Below are positions 1 through 15,210 of a stretch of 64,000 nucleotides of DNA, in pieces. The stretch lies in assembly GCF_006345805.1 (NCBI RefSeq), contig NC_043000.1, forward strand, positions 150,474,001 through 150,538,000, written 5' to 3'. The stretch is from Octopus sinensis (Eukaryota). Numbering within the stretch: position 1 is the first letter of the stretch; each line of letters begins with the position of its first letter. Under the pieces are notes generated by a model. That model worked only from the letters and a program-made list of their open reading frames with translations, searched no databases and was not told where the DNA came from. The position numbers and the translations under genes are program-made.

Positions 1-426
1 AAATAGAATTCTCGTGAATATATAAACGATTCATTTTATATGGCTGTTTATAATCCTCACTCTTCCATGTTTGCATGAGTTGGATGGAGTTGAGCCAGGT
101 TATTTAATGCCAAGCAAGGTGATATTTCATCATGCTCAGAGATTTGCAGAACATGGGAAATGAAGGGACATTGATTTACAACATTTAACACTGTCGGGAC
201 AGAGACTCAAAAACATACACAAACAAGCCTCTCTTAGTTTCAGTCCACCATATCCACTCACGAGGCTTTAGTTGGCTTCGGGTTATAATAGACACCCAAA
301 GTGCCATGCACTGGCACTGAACCCAGAACCATGTGGTTGGGAAGCAAACTACTGTACAGACATAAGTAACTGCAAATATGATTTAGACTTAGCTCAGTAG
401 AAATGGGTGATAAAGTACCCTCTAGT

Positions 427-779
427 ACCTACATTCGCCTCCTTATGAGAGCTCAAAATCTCTTGTGGAAGCGCCATCCAACCAAAGTACAAATATATGG
501 GAAACTACCACCTGTGTCATCTCTTGTGAAAGGTAAGAGTTCAGTTTGCTGGACATTGTTGTAGAGCTGGAAAAGAGGTAATTTCTACTCTTCTCCTCTG
601 GAAGCCATCTACTCGCAACACCAGACCAGAGGACGCACACTCTCCTACCCTGATGTAATCTCCAGGGATACAGGCATCCAGCAACAGGACCTCCGTAATG
701 CCATAATGGAACGTGAGGTCTGGCGTAGCATGGTAAATTCCATTGTCTCGACCACGGTCGAACAATGATGATGATGATG
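427..779 (+). mobile_element. 3' end of a second RTE-like LINE family
   Basis: ORF2 C-terminus [37 protein letters not shown]...DREVWR and (GAT)n tail; near-identical copies at 5749-6126 and 34257-34577. Confidence 0.82.
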
Positions 780-1071
780 ACCCTCTCTAGTGAGCTGTAT
801 TTGCTGTGTTACTTCTCTGTAAATATTACTCATAAGATAGGTATGATGGGATCTATTGATGTTTTGTTACTCTTCAGTTCATGAAGTAGCAATATTTTGC
901 AGAGTTTATCTGAATGTGAGCAAATGCTAGAAATAATTTCACCTTTTATTTAACTTAATTGATATTAATGCTAACTTTATCAATGTGTCAATGTTTAGCT
1001 GACTAAAAGCTATACATATTAGGAAACCAAATTCAAAGTCACAATGTATATACCTAATATGACAATCTTAC

Positions 1072-1186
1072 CTAGTTCAGGTGGTAAAGTGCTCAGCCGA
1101 TTTCCTTGAATATATAATTCCCTTACGCGTTGAAGGCTGCCTATTTCTTTTGGAAGGGTATGAAGATCATTGTCTCTTAAAGACAA
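1072..1186 (-). CDS. RSU1: RSU1 coding exon 7 (115 nt)
   Basis: [38 protein letters not shown], tttctag| and G|GTAAGA. Confidence 0.95.
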
Positions 1187-4100
1187 CTAGAAAGAAAAAA
1201 AATGTTATTGTGTCATGTCAGTTCATAAGGTTCCAAATTTGTATTAAACTTTTAATATTTGACAATTTTAAAGTTCAATAGCTTGGATTTAAGGTATATT
1301 ATCTATGATTGCTGAATGATTATTTCAGATTTAAATAATCAGCATACATAATATAACCTATAACCTAACTATTGAACAGTTATTTTCATGTTAATGTTTT
1401 GAATAATAATTCATTATCTTAATGAAGATTTAACTAGTAATTGTATATCTACTTTGTGACGTAAAAGGTTTCTATAGGAAGTAGGATTTTGCCGTACTCA
1501 CAATTTGCAAATTTTGAAACTTTCCTATCTCAGGAGGAATAAGTGTAAAATCATTGTCGCCAAGATATAAGGCACGCAGTGTTTCTGTAAATACAAAGCA
1601 ACAGACAATATATGCACGGAGAAAAGAGAAGAAAATCGAGTAGTGTTGGTGGATTTAAAAAAATTTTTTTTTTATATTTAACCCTCTCAATGTTTGCAAT
1701 AGTTATAAATGAAAAATAATTAAGTTTAGAACTTTTCTAAACATCATCAAATGCTAAAAACTATTACCACTGTTAAAAGTAATGGCACGGAAACAATCTT
1801 TTAATCTATATTTTGCTGTTAATAGTTTCTCAGCTAACCCCAGACATTTGATGCAAGATGAGTTGCTCCAGAGAATCCATGTCCTTCATATTGATAATTC
1901 AGAATGCTAAATTAATCATTACAATGATTGTATTTTGCTCTGGTGGCTAATTAAACACTGAATATTACAATACAAATGAACCTATTTTGAATTGAGTTTA
2001 AACTTTAATGACTGCTCATCTTTTTAAGTTGTGTCCATCTTATTCTTGAATAAAAATTTTGGCTTTAGAACATGTCTTAATGAATTCTGGAAGTATGCTT
2101 TGTTGAGACAATTGTAAATGTTACATCAAAGCCGATTAGGATGGAAATAACAAGCTTTTCATTTCCATGAATATCCTTCAGTAAACTATCATTTGCAAAT
2201 TTTGGTCAATTGATTTTTGATACAATGCTTGTGTCACCCTTTGATCCTATGGACTTTTAGTTGAGAACTGTTTAACTGAATAAACGGCAGTAGAGAAAAC
2301 ATTCAACTGTAATATTTCAACAAATATGTAAATATCCGCATTTTAAAATTTATTTTAATTTTACTGTGTTAATATGAATAAAACTGTTTAGCATTTTTTT
2401 GTATTGTTTGCAGAGAGATATTGAAAGCCTACATTTCTGCATTTATTTCCCCTTTACAATATTAATATTGCTGTTAGGTGTACCTTGACTTAATAATCCA
2501 TTGTTCTTCACATCAGCATCTTTGTAATAGAGTATTATCATTTTAATGCCTATTAACCCTTTCGCTACTGTATATATTTTGATATGCTCTGTGTTTCTTT
2601 CAATGATTTTAAATATAACAAAGAATTTAGTAAAATAACTTAGTTATCATTAAGCTAGTATTAGGAATATAAATTGCGACTAAGGTTTGGTGGTATATTT
2701 TGATGCAAAACTTATGAAAACAAGACATTTGTACTACAGAGCCAGTACAAATGATGACGGGTTGGTAACGAAAGGGTTAATCTATGCTTGCTTGTATGGG
2801 TCAGGCAGATTTTCTATGGCCAGATGCCTTTACTCTTTCCAACCTTCATTTGTTTCCAAGCAAGGTAATATTTCCTTATTAATACAAATTTTCACGGAAG
2901 ATTGGCAATGAATATCACTTGTATGATGGTGACACTCATTTACAATATTGCATGATATTAAGATGAGGTGCAAACTTATAAAAACAAAATCAACCTCTCA
3001 TGGGTTTCTTTCCCTTTCAGTCTACCAAATTCACTCACAAGGCTTCAGTCAGCCTGGAGCTATAAAAGATACTTGCCCAAGATGCCATACAGTGGGCAAT
3101 GATAGTTAAATCCTTTTCTTGAAAAAAAAAAAAAGAACTAAAGTAGTCAATTTACCATTTGATAGAACATTGACATCTTTATATATAAAAGTGAGGTTGT
3201 GTGCTGTCTGTCTCCTACGATTTAGATTCCTAACTACTCCCACATTTTGCGATGCAGTCTAACCAAAACCGGGTATCTTATAGTCGTGATTCATATTGAA
3301 CCCTTCTTGGTATTAGCGCGCGTCTACGATTTAAAAAAAATTTACCATAATTTTTCCCCATTTTAATGCATTTTTTTCGCTATTATAAAAGGGTAGTAAA
3401 TCTCTAAAAATGTCTACGATGAGTCAACGATTTTTTAAAAAGTTTACCAATTTTAATGCATTTTTTGGCTATAACTCTCTAAAAATGCTTATATAGTTAA
3501 TTTGACTTAATATCAATTCTGTCTGACAATCCCTGGTTTTGTGTTCAGTGACTATAGTGCTGACCATGGTTAGGAATTGTCATTTTCTAATTTAGAAACT
3601 TTAATGTAAAAAGATATCTTGTAAGTTATAAATCTGATGAGTCATGTTATTTCCAAAGCTATAATAATAATACACCAACCTAAACAAAAAAAGTTGCCAG
3701 GTAAACTGTTCTCGGTGAGAAAGTTGTAAGTAAGATCAAGGACTTCCAAAACGGGGAAGGCACCAAAGCCACGTGGAAGTGTTTTCAATCGGTTGATGCT
3801 ATTGTAAAGAAAACAATGGTTATATGAGTAAAATTATTTAATGTTATAGAAGACAATGCAAGTTATCTAGGGTGTCCATAAAAACCCCTATTTTAACAAA
3901 ACAGAAATCAGTGATAAAAAAATCTTAGAATTAGTAACATTGGAAATTCTTGAGCAGAGTTTCTTGTGATGGACATCTGTACCTTTGCAGAGCTTAAATT
4001 TAGCATTTCAAAAACATCCCGGGACATTTGTGGTGTTATCTGAAGTATTTTGTATACATTCACAGAAATTGTCCAGAGTCAGTTTCATAGAAATAATTCA

Positions 4101-7100
4101 AGTTTGATAAAGCCCCAAGCAATGAAATCCGTGAGTGTTCGATCTGATTTTAGCTGGTCATGCTCTGTTACTCCCATATCCAATTACTAATTTGGAAATC
4201 ATTCATGCATGAAACTGAGTGATTGTAGCATAAAGGCAATGGGCATCATTTATTTTTATTGATACTGCATACCCTCAGAAGAAAAAAAAATAAAACTGAT
4301 TCTATGGATCAATGCCAATTTTTTTCAATATTATTTTATTACCTTTTGAGCTATTGGGTTTTTCATGACGATATAGGAATATAAACTGAAAAATACCCAC
4401 CTACATGACGAAGAGGCTTCTGCAAAGAAAATCTTCCGCATGTAAGGTGTATAAAGCATGCAGATGAATAACTAACCGCTCTATTTATTCTGAGAGTTTG
4501 CAAATGAATCATGAATTATACTGTTTTTCATTAAAACAAAAATTTCCTGTACAATGAGCTCTCACTGGATATTTTTTTGTCTTGATAAGACTTATTTCTG
4601 CAGTTCTGGGATCACTTTTTAATTCTGTGCACTTCACATGCCTTTGTTTTTATGACTAAAATTCAGTTTGCTGAAAGCGGCTCCCCTTCATCATCATCAT
4701 TTAGCGTCCGTTTTCCATGCTAGCATGGGTTGGACGGTTCAACTGGGGTCTGGGAAGCTGGAAGGCTTCATCAGGCCCAGTCAGTGTTTCTACGGCTGGA
4801 TGCCCTTCCTAACGCCAACCGCTCCGTGAGTGTAGTGGGTGCTTTTTACACTCAGAGTGGTTGGTGTTAGGAAGGGCATCCAGCCGTAGAAACACTACCA
4901 GATCAGGTAATTTTTGTAAGGAGCCCAAATATTAGTTTGTAAGAAAACTAATTTGAATTTTATTTCATCTAAGTAATGGATATGAACTAATACTGAATGG
5001 TTAATATATGGTAAATTATTTGTCGTATACAAAGTAGTGAAGTCATGGGTCCTAAAGGTTGGATTGCACAATTGTGGTTTTCATTCCCAGACCCAATGGT
5101 GCATTGTGATAATTCAGCAAAAAAATTTCATTTCATGTTACTCTAGTCCACTCATTTCATTCTTTTTTAAACAAAACTTTGAAATTATAATTATTATGTC
5201 CAGTTCACTCAGTTGTAAATGGAATTTTCTGATCTTGGTCAGTTGTACATCACGGATACCAGGTAACCAGATCTGTGTGCCCTAGGATTTGAGACAGCAC
5301 AATTTTTGTTGCATATACAAAACAAACGTGAAAGGTATTGTGAGAACTCAATGGAACTTAAACATGCTTCTCTTTTGTGATTATTTTTGCTGCTTTTATG
5401 GATTCTCATGACTTAGTTGCTGTCCAATTCCATTCTTATGAATCTGAATGGGGAGCCTGAGTCATAGCGAATCTTTCATTAGCTGATTATACAACCATGG
5501 GTGCCACCCTTATGTAAGTATTGCATTTACTTACTTGATGGAGCTTGGTGATCCAGACCGTTAATCTTCAAGGATTCCTCCACTTAGATTCAATGTAAGA
5601 AGCATTGTTGGCTCAGTTGAGCTCTTCTGCTACCTCTTCACAGTCTGCCATGCTGCAGTCCCATGACTTTGCCATATCCCTGGCAGGGTGGCTGAATGGG
5701 TGCTATGCCTAGTCAAAGAGCAGTCTGTAACTGTGCGGGGCACAGTTGTCATCATCATCATCATCATTGTTCGACCGTGGTCGAGACAATGGAATTTACC
5801 ATGCTACGCCAGACTTCACAGTCCATGGCATTACGGAGGTCCTGTTGCTGGATGCCTGTATCCCTGGAGATTACATCAGGGTAGGAGAGTGTGCGCCCTC
5901 TGGTTTTGCGAGTAGATGGCTTCCAGAGGAGAAGAGTAGAAATTACCTCTTTTTCCGCTCTACAACAATGTCCAGCAAACTGGACCCTTCTACCTTTCAC
6001 AAGAGATGACACAGGTGGTAGTTTCCTATATATTAGCATTTTGGTTGGATGGCGCTTCCACGAGAGATTTTGAGCTCTCATAAGGAGGCGAGTGTAGGTT
6101 CCATCCACAGTTGTCACTCCATGAGGTATTTTCAAAATACAAACATGTCCTGCATTTTAGACTTACACAATTTGGAAAAACCTAAGTGCAACATTTTAAA
6201 TGTTATATTGTTTCTATTAATCATGTATCCTTAGTTTGTCTCAGCAAAACAAGATTATCATGTGCAGGCAACGAGGAGGCATTTTTCAATTTATATTCCC
6301 GTATTAGAATAAAAAACAAAACAGTTCAGAAGTAATAAATAACTGTGATTGTATAATTTATTGGCAGATGCCCAATGAAGCAATTTTTTCTCCGAGAGAA
6401 TGAATGAAAGTGGGGAAAATATCATGTTATTGTTCGTTATTTATACACTAATACCTCCAAGTTTGTCGGGTGGAAGACATAAAGGGGTTCCAAAAAGAAA
6501 GAAAAAAGGAGCAGTTTAGCAGCTATTTAGCTGTATTAGATTCTGTACAATGAAAGTGCATATATTTGAAATGAAATTGCACATCTAGTAGAAAGGCATA
6601 ATGCCAATCACTTTTTGAAGTTGCTGGTAACCGTTTTACTCAGTCACTCAATCTGAATAGGTTGTTACTTACGTAATCTGAAGGCTAAGGAGAGGGGGTG
6701 CTTATAAGCTTAATAAAAAAAATAAAATACAAATTTCAAATTTGGAAACAGCATAGAAGCATGTAAGCTCTTAGTATAGAAGAAAAATAACCTACATTGT
6801 CTATTTTTGTCTGTAGCGAGTTCAGTTGGGAAAGGGAAGTCTGTTGCAACTCACTTTTTAATGATGTCAATAAGGCCTGATTTCCTCATTGGTAGGAAGC
6901 CAAGCAACTGACTCTATCTTGTTCACGAATAAAATATAGAGTTATTTATCTTCGTATTTTTAACTCCGGATTATCTAGACATGTCTTGGCATTTGTACAA
7001 CACTAGATTCTCATAAACAGCAGGTTATATTAAGGTATATTATATCAGAACCATTTATATTAATTGATTTTAATTTCTTAGTATAAATTAGGTTCAGTAA

Positions 7101-10100
7101 TAAATTGACTGAATTTTAATAATGATGTCACTACTAAAAACATACTTTGCTACGTAAGTTATATGGCAACAATGTTATAATTTACTATTAATAAATACAT
7201 ATAAATTAATTACAGCTATACATATCAATTACAATATATAAAAATTAAATACAAATATATTATAAAATGAAAAATATGATTTAAATGAAGAGCTTTCAAA
7301 GAATAAAATTACTTTTTCATTATTGAAAATTTTATTTGGAATCAACATTTGAATGAATATTTCTGACATAATACAAAGAATGGCATAAACTTACCCTAGA
7401 TTCAATGTTTTCAGCTTTGTTAAATTTGACATATTAGTTGGTAAAGTCTATTAAGAAGAAGTACATGATAAAATATCAACTCATAGGAATGCAGACAATC
7501 ATAGTTGGAGAAGATAAACAGAAGCTATAATTACATATTAAATTCTTTACTGATAAACAGTAAATTAATTTTTTTATTGAAATATAGCAAGTGAAAAAAA
7601 AAAAAAACTTATGAAATTACATTTTAAAATTCAGAACAAAATCTTAAAAAAGAAAATGAATAAAAATAAATATGCAATAATTCTCTTACCTCTATGTGAT
7701 TATTAAAGAGATTAAGTTTTTCTATGTTAATCAAACCGAGAATTTCAGGAGGAACTTCTAAAAAAATGGAAAAAAAAAATTTTTAATCAGTTAGATTACA
7801 TTGATTTTTAGATGGATTTCTTATATAAGAATATCATCATCATCATCATCATCATCGTTTAACGTCCGCCTTCCATGCTAGCATGGGTTGGACGGTTCAA
7901 CTGGGGTCTGAGAAGCCCGAAGGCTGCACCAGGCCAGTCAGATCTGGCAGTGTTTCTACAGCTGGATGCCCTTCCTAACGCCAAGCACTCCAAGAGTGTA
8001 GTGGGTGCTTTTTATGTGCCACCGACACAGGTGCCAGATGAGGCTGGCGAACGGCCACGCTCAGATGGTGTTTTTTATGTGCAACTGGCATGGAGGCCAC
8101 GATCGGATGGTGTTTGTTACGTGCCACCAGCACGGAGGCCAGTCGATGCGGTACTGGCTATGGCCACGTTCGGATGGCTTTCTTATGTGCCACCGGCACT
8201 GGTATCACAAAACTACAAATTCCATTGATGTTCATCGATTTTGATTTGATTCTTTGATTTTTGATTTTCACTTGCCTCAACAGGTCTTCACAAGTAGAGT
8301 TATGTGTCCCAAGAAGGAAGGTATGCACAGGTGGACTGACTACGTCCCAGGTAGGGGCCATGGGTTAATAAATGATTTAAATTTTAACCCTATCACAACA
8401 TATTCCTGTTATAGCAGGAATAGGTTAAATGTCATTTTTGTTGGATTCCTAGTAATGTGGTAATGAACAACACACACAGAAAAAGAAGATGTAGCTGATT
8501 CTGTCTATTAGTGTACCTGTAATCATCACTCTTGGGTTGTATATGTAACTATTTATTAATTTTCTTTTTGCTCAGGAGCCCAGATAAAAGGTAAAGTTAT
8601 ACACAGGGGCCCAGGTCTGAGAGGGTTAAAAAAAATTCTATTAATTCCAAGATTTTAATATGAATTGCTCTTTACTCTTTTACTTTTTTCAGTCATTTGA
8701 CTGCGGCCATGCTGGAGCACTGCCTTTAGTCGAGCAAATCGACCCCGGGACTTATTCTTTGTAAGCCCAGTACTTATTCTATCGGGCTCTTTTGCCGAAC
8801 CGCTAAGTGACGGGGACGTAAACACACCAGCATCGGTTGTCAAGCAATGCTAGGGGGACAAACACATACATATATACGACAGGCTTCTTTTAGTTTCCGT
8901 CTACCAAATTCACTCACAAGGCATTGGTCGGCCCGGGGCTATAGCAGAAGACACTTGCCCAAGGTGCCATGCAGTGGGACTGAACCCGGAACAATGTGGT
9001 TGGTTAGCAAGCTATTTACCACACACCCACTCCTGTGCCTATATAAACATATTTATATAAATATATTTTGGAATGTTTTATTATTTTATATCAAAACTAG
9101 TGACCAATAGTGTCCTCAATATTAGATGTTTTCAATAGGCAAGTCATTCATTCCTTATATTTCTAATGACAAAACTGATAAGGGAGTATCCGAAACTTAA
9201 GGCAGAGCAATTGTAGAAATGCATTTTTTTCCTCTCTGATGTTAACATTCTAAACTGATCAAATCAAGGAGGCTTTCCTAGCTGAAACCCTAACCCTAAA
9301 CCTAAACAAACAAGAACTACTGGCTACTAAAACAACACCAATCTGTGCATTCACTATGCTCCACAACACTGGGTAAAATGATTAGCAGCATTTTGTCCAT
9401 CTTTACATTCTGAGTTCAAATTCTGTTGAGGTTGACTTTGCCTTTCATCCTTCTGGGGTTGATAAATTAAGTACCAATTGAGCACCGAGGACAATGTAAT
9501 TGACATGACCTCTTCCTCCAAATTACTGGACTTCTGTCAAAATTTGAAACCAATATTTAATAGAACTGAGTGTGCAGAATATTGAAATAAACAGAGTTAA
9601 TAAAAAAGAACCAGTCACGTAAAAGTGAATTTTCAGCCTCAAACTAATGTTAACAAATCAATAATTTCTGTCAGTCGTATTAGTACCATTACAACCTGAG
9701 TTAAACCTGTTAATTGTTATGTGTTGACAGCAGTTTCTTCAGGTAAATACTCTGACTGAGCATAATTGCTTTCCACAAGATCAAACTGAGGTAACTGCAT
9801 TTGACAAAATCTAACAAAAGATTAAATTTATAAATTGATTTCTTATAAAGGAACAAGGTTTCAAAAGTTAGTGGTTAAAGGAAATTCTAACTTAATTGAT
9901 AAATACTGTGAAATATGAAGTATACTTGCAGTAGTGGAGGCGCAATAGCCCAGTGGTTAGGGCAGCGGACTCGCGGTCATAGGATCGTGGTTTTGATTCC
10001 CAGACCGGGCGTTGTGAGTGTTTATTGAGCGAAAACACCTAAAGTTCCACGAGGCTCCGGCAGGGGATGGTGGTGATCCCTGCTGTACTCTTTCACCACA

Positions 10101-12301
10101 ACTTTCTCTCACTCTTACTTCCTGTTTCTGTTGTACCTGTATTTCAAAGGGCCGGCCTTGTCACTCTCTGTGTCACGCTGAATATCCCCGAGAACTACGT
10201 TAAGGGTACACGTGTCTGTGGAGTGCTCAGCCACTTACATGTTAATTTCACGAGCAGGCTGTTCCATTGATTCGGATCAACCGGAACCCTCATCGTCGTA
10301 ACCGACGGAGTGCTTCCACTTGCAGTAAGCTTAGGCGGTAAGGAAGCTTTATATTTTGGAGAAAGCCAATTCATTTCTCTCACATTGCAAATACTTGAAG
10401 AATAGCTAAACAGAACACTAACTCATTCCTTTTCTCTGTGTAAAGTTGACAGTGGTTTCATATTAACAAACATTGTTATCATCATCAACTAATGTCGAGT
10501 GTAATATTGTACTAAATACAAAATAGTTCAAAGAAACTAAAGAACAATGAAAAAAATTGATAGCAAAATAAGAAAATTGAAAAGCTTAGAATGATAGTAA
10601 TGAATAAAATCTCTATTATGATTGCTAGTTCAATATATTTTTTTAAACAAATATGAAAAGAATAATAATAATAATAATAATATAATAATGAAATTATTGT
10701 ATACAGTGCTCAGGTGCACCACAACTTGTCAGACAGTGCATATAAAGCACATGCAGTAATGTACAAATGTCTGGAAAGCGAACAATTTATGAGTCAGATA
10801 CATGCTTGTGTGTGTATGGAGGGGAGAAAATCAGGTGTAGTGTTGGCGAATCTCAGAAAGCATGGAAGTTTTGAAGGATGCAGTGCTCCGACAACTAACA
10901 ACTGATGCCGGCAATTTGTTCCATGCTTCAGCAACTCTCAGCGTGAAAAAATGTTTCCTGAAGTCATGGGAGCTGTGCTGTTTTCTGACTTTGTAAATAT
11001 GTCCACGGGTGTTAGATGGGTGGAGTTTGAAAAGGTCCTCAGAGTTATTGTTTGTACGATGGTATGGGATAATTTTAATGGAGCATCACAGAGATGGAGT
11101 CAAGGATGCTGGCCTAGTAGACAGAAGTGTTTACAATTCATATCCTGTCACATGTACTGTGATGTCTTTGGCACAGTTCTGAATGGTAGTTTGTTTAATA
11201 GCAAAAAGGTATTATTGGAAGGTACAGTTACATCAGTGAAAGACAGAGTAGAACTCATGATTATTCTATTTAGCTGTCATTGCCAAGTTCACATCATAGA
11301 GAGGAAGTAAGCAATGTGAAACCATTTCAGTTACATTTTTAGGTTTTAGGTCTAATTTTAAGTAAAATGTGTAAGGTTGCAATTAACTTGGAAATCAGCT
11401 CCGATGATTTAAAACACACAGAATGAAACCCCTAGGCAAGAGAGACAACAAAATGTTGCACTATAAATGAGCTTGCAATAGCTGGCACCTGTGCCGGTGG
11501 CATGCGTAAAAAAGATTTGAGCAAGGTCATTGCCAGTACCGCCTGACTGGCCCCCGTGCCGGTGGCATGTAAAAGCACCCACTACACTTTCAGAGTGGTT
11601 GGCATTGGTATTCAACAAATGTGAAACATTCTTAATATCTTTGGACTGAAAAATATTTACCTGTCAATTTATTATGACTCAATGTCAACCTGGTCAGATG
11701 CTCAAGGTTTACTGAAAATAAGAATTAACAATTTAAGGTAAAGATTATGATTATCATTTAATGAATGGGTTAAGTAAGAACATAATATTTATAAGTATCC
11801 ATTTAAAGTTGAAATATGCAATTATATAAATGGTTCAATCCTACCCCTTATGATGAGAAACCCAGGGTAACCCTATAAACCAGCCTTCACCAGTAATATA
11901 TATATATGCCAGTCTCGCCTGGCCCCTGTGCCGGTGGCACGTAGCACCATCCGATCGTGGCCGTTGCCAGCCTCGTCAGGTCTCCGTGCCGGTGGCACGT
12001 AAAAAGCACCATCTGTCCGTGGCCGTTTGCCAGCTCCGTCTGGCACCTGTGCGGGTGGCACGTAAAAAGCACCATCCGTCTGTGGCCGTTTGCCAGCTCC
12101 GTCTGGCACCTGTGCAGGTGGCACGTAAAAAGCACCCACTACACTCACGGAGTGGTTGGCGTTAGGAAGGGCATCCAGCCGTAGAAACACTGCCAGATCA
12201 GACTGGACCTGATGCAGCCTTCTGGCTTCCCAGACCCCAGTTGAACCGTCCAACCCATGTTAGCATGGAAAGCGGACGCTAAATGATGATGATGATGATA
12301 T

Positions 12302-12351
<50 letters not shown>

Positions 12352-13787
12352 TATATATGATGTATACATACGCACACATACATATATACATGTATATATA
12401 ATGTATACATACACAGGTATACATACTCACACACATATATAATGGCATAATACAACAATGGTTTTAAATTTTGGCACAAAGCCATCAATTATAGGGGGAG
12501 GGGATTAGCTAGTTATATTGAAGCCAGTACTCAAATAGTACTTATTTTATTAAACTTGAAAGGATGAATGAAGTTGACCTTGGCAGTATTTCAACTGAGA
12601 ATGTAAAGAGCTTGAGGAAAATGTTGCAGAGTAATTTGTCTGATAGCCTTGTTGTAGAACAATGATAGCCATGGGTATAGGTTTCCAACAAGCTAATCAT
12701 TGAGTTACAGCATTTCCAACAATGAATAAGTGATAACGAGTTGTCTACAACTCAAGACAGAAAAACTATCACAGGGGATATTTTTTTCAGAAAATTTATC
12801 GACCCCGAAAGGATGAAGGGCGAGGTCGACTTTGCCTTTCATCCTTTCGGGGTCGATAAATTAAGTACCAGTTACGCACTGGAGTCGATGTGATCGACTT
12901 AATCCATTTGTCTGTCCCCTCTATGTTTAGCCCCTTGTGGGCAATAAAGAAATATATTTTTTTCAGAAAGTATCACTTTCCCGGGATCCTTAATTATGTA
13001 TGTGTGCATACTCTTTACTCTCTTTACTCTTTCACTTGTTTCAGTCATTTGACTGCGGCCATGCTGGAGCACCGCCTTTAGTCGAGCAAATCAACCCCGG
13101 GACTTATTCTTTGTAAGCCCAGTACTTATTCTATCGGTCTCTTTTTGCCGAACCGCTAAGTGACGGGGACGCAAACACACCAGCATCAGTTGTCAAGCAA
13201 TGCTAGGGGGACAAACACAAACACAAACACATATATAGATATATACGACAGGCTTCTTTTCAGTTTCCGTCAACCAAATCCACTCACAAGGCATTGGTCG
13301 GTCTGGGGCTATAGTAGAAGACACTTGCCCAAGATGCCACGCAGTAGGACTGAACCCGGAACCATGTGGTTGGTAGACAAGCTACTTACCACACAGCCAC
13401 TCCTGCGCCTATGTATATACGAACGGCTGTGTATACGTGTGTTATTGTTTTCTTGCTTTGGCCTCATGTGACAGTTGTAAATGAGTGTCACCGTCATGCA
13501 TGCGGTGTCCTTCATTTCCAATCTTCCGTGAAAACATGTTTTTGTCATGAGGAAATATTACCTTATTTGGAAACAGGTGAAGGTTGGCGACAAGAACATC
13601 CGGCCGTAGGAAATTTGCCTAAAAAATTCATCATCATTTGTCCAATCCATGCCAGCAAAATAAGCGGAGGTCAAATGATCATATATATATATATATATAT
13701 ATATGTATATTGTTTAGGAAGTAAAAAGTTGTAGAGTGACAATTGGTTTCGCACCTATAAAGCAGGCGACTCATCAAACTTAAGTGG

Positions 13788-13829
<42 letters not shown>

Positions 13830-15128
13830 TTATGATATTTGTTCTGCACCGAGTTATAGATAACCCCTTATAATTCGCATCGTTCGGAAATGCAGCAAAT
13901 AAACGATTGGTTCGTCGGAAACACGGAACCAATGCTATTATTGTTCTACAGTTACGATATTTAGCTTTTTCTGTTTCTTTGTATTTAAATGTTATAATCA
14001 GTTGGTTTAAAATAAAAGATTCCTCCAAATTTAATATTTCTGAAGAATAAAAAACATTTACTTCGTTCCTATTGTGAAAAAAAAAAAATCAATTTAAATG
14101 AAAGAACAGACATTACTTTATAAAAGTTGTCAAAACTTCTTGGCCTTTATATTAGGTTGTCCCAAAAGTTCGTAAACACTTGCGAAAATTGAATTTTTAC
14201 TCGCCAAGTACTAACAAAAACAACAAAAATTATTCCTCAAAATAAAGACCATTATTTTCTAAGACTTTCTACGAACTTTTGGGATAACCTTATATTTTTG
14301 GATGGAGCTGGCCAATAATGATTAAATACATTCAAGTCATGATCATTTCGTTTATTTTCCCCCCTGTGAAACGGGGAACCTAGGACTATATTTATCCAGC
14401 TTGTGATTTGAGAGAAATGTCGCTACTATTTCTAGCAGGTCGAGCCACCACATAATGGTAATGAGTGCGAATGAATCATAACAGTTCTAAAGAATTCAAA
14501 GTCGAAACTATTTCCAAGTTTAAACGGCAACAAATTAATGTGTGGGTGACACACTACGTTGTTGAATTAACGGAAATTATCTAGAAAGAGAGTAATTAAT
14601 ATAAAAATAAAAAAAAGAAGAGGAAAACGAAGTAGTGTTGGTGTTATATTTTTGAGTAAATCAGGTCAGGTCATCAACTTCATGGAATGCACAGAAGGTA
14701 ATGGAATGGCAAGGAGGTAAGGCGTCGGTCCAAATGCTTTGAAGCATTTCGTTTCGCCTCAAAGTCCTGAATATAAACTCTCTGGAATGAGGGAGGGTCG
14801 ATAAAAGGGTAAATTCTGGTGAGGTGGTAAACATTGACCAACAAAAAATACCAGTTATAATCTCGGGTGTCCTACATCAACTACTTTCTCTGCAGAAGTG
14901 TAGCTTCATATCAATGAATCATTATTAGGTTATAAACACTTGTCTTTGGAGTTTACCAAAGGCCGAAAACAATGTTTATAAATATCAGAAAGAAGAATAG
15001 TCATATATATATATATATACATACATATATATATATATATACATACATATATATATATACATACATATATATATACATACATATATATATACATACATAT
15101 ATATATACATACATATATATATACATAC

Positions 15129-15210
<82 letters not shown>

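Noticed and set aside
9286-9305. CCCTAA telomere-like repeats (also ~43699-43710)
   Set aside because: Only 2-3 imperfect units; expected by chance in AT-rich DNA
9934-10010. tRNA-like sequences here and at other SINE heads
   Set aside because: They continue into multicopy SINE bodies with TSDs; these are tRNA-derived SINE heads, not tRNA genes
12815-12830. Apparent cluster of A-to-G changes suggesting fixed ADAR editing in the palindrome
   Set aside because: Two of the three G's come from the SINE's own consensus (GCCGAGGTCGAC), leaving a single substitution
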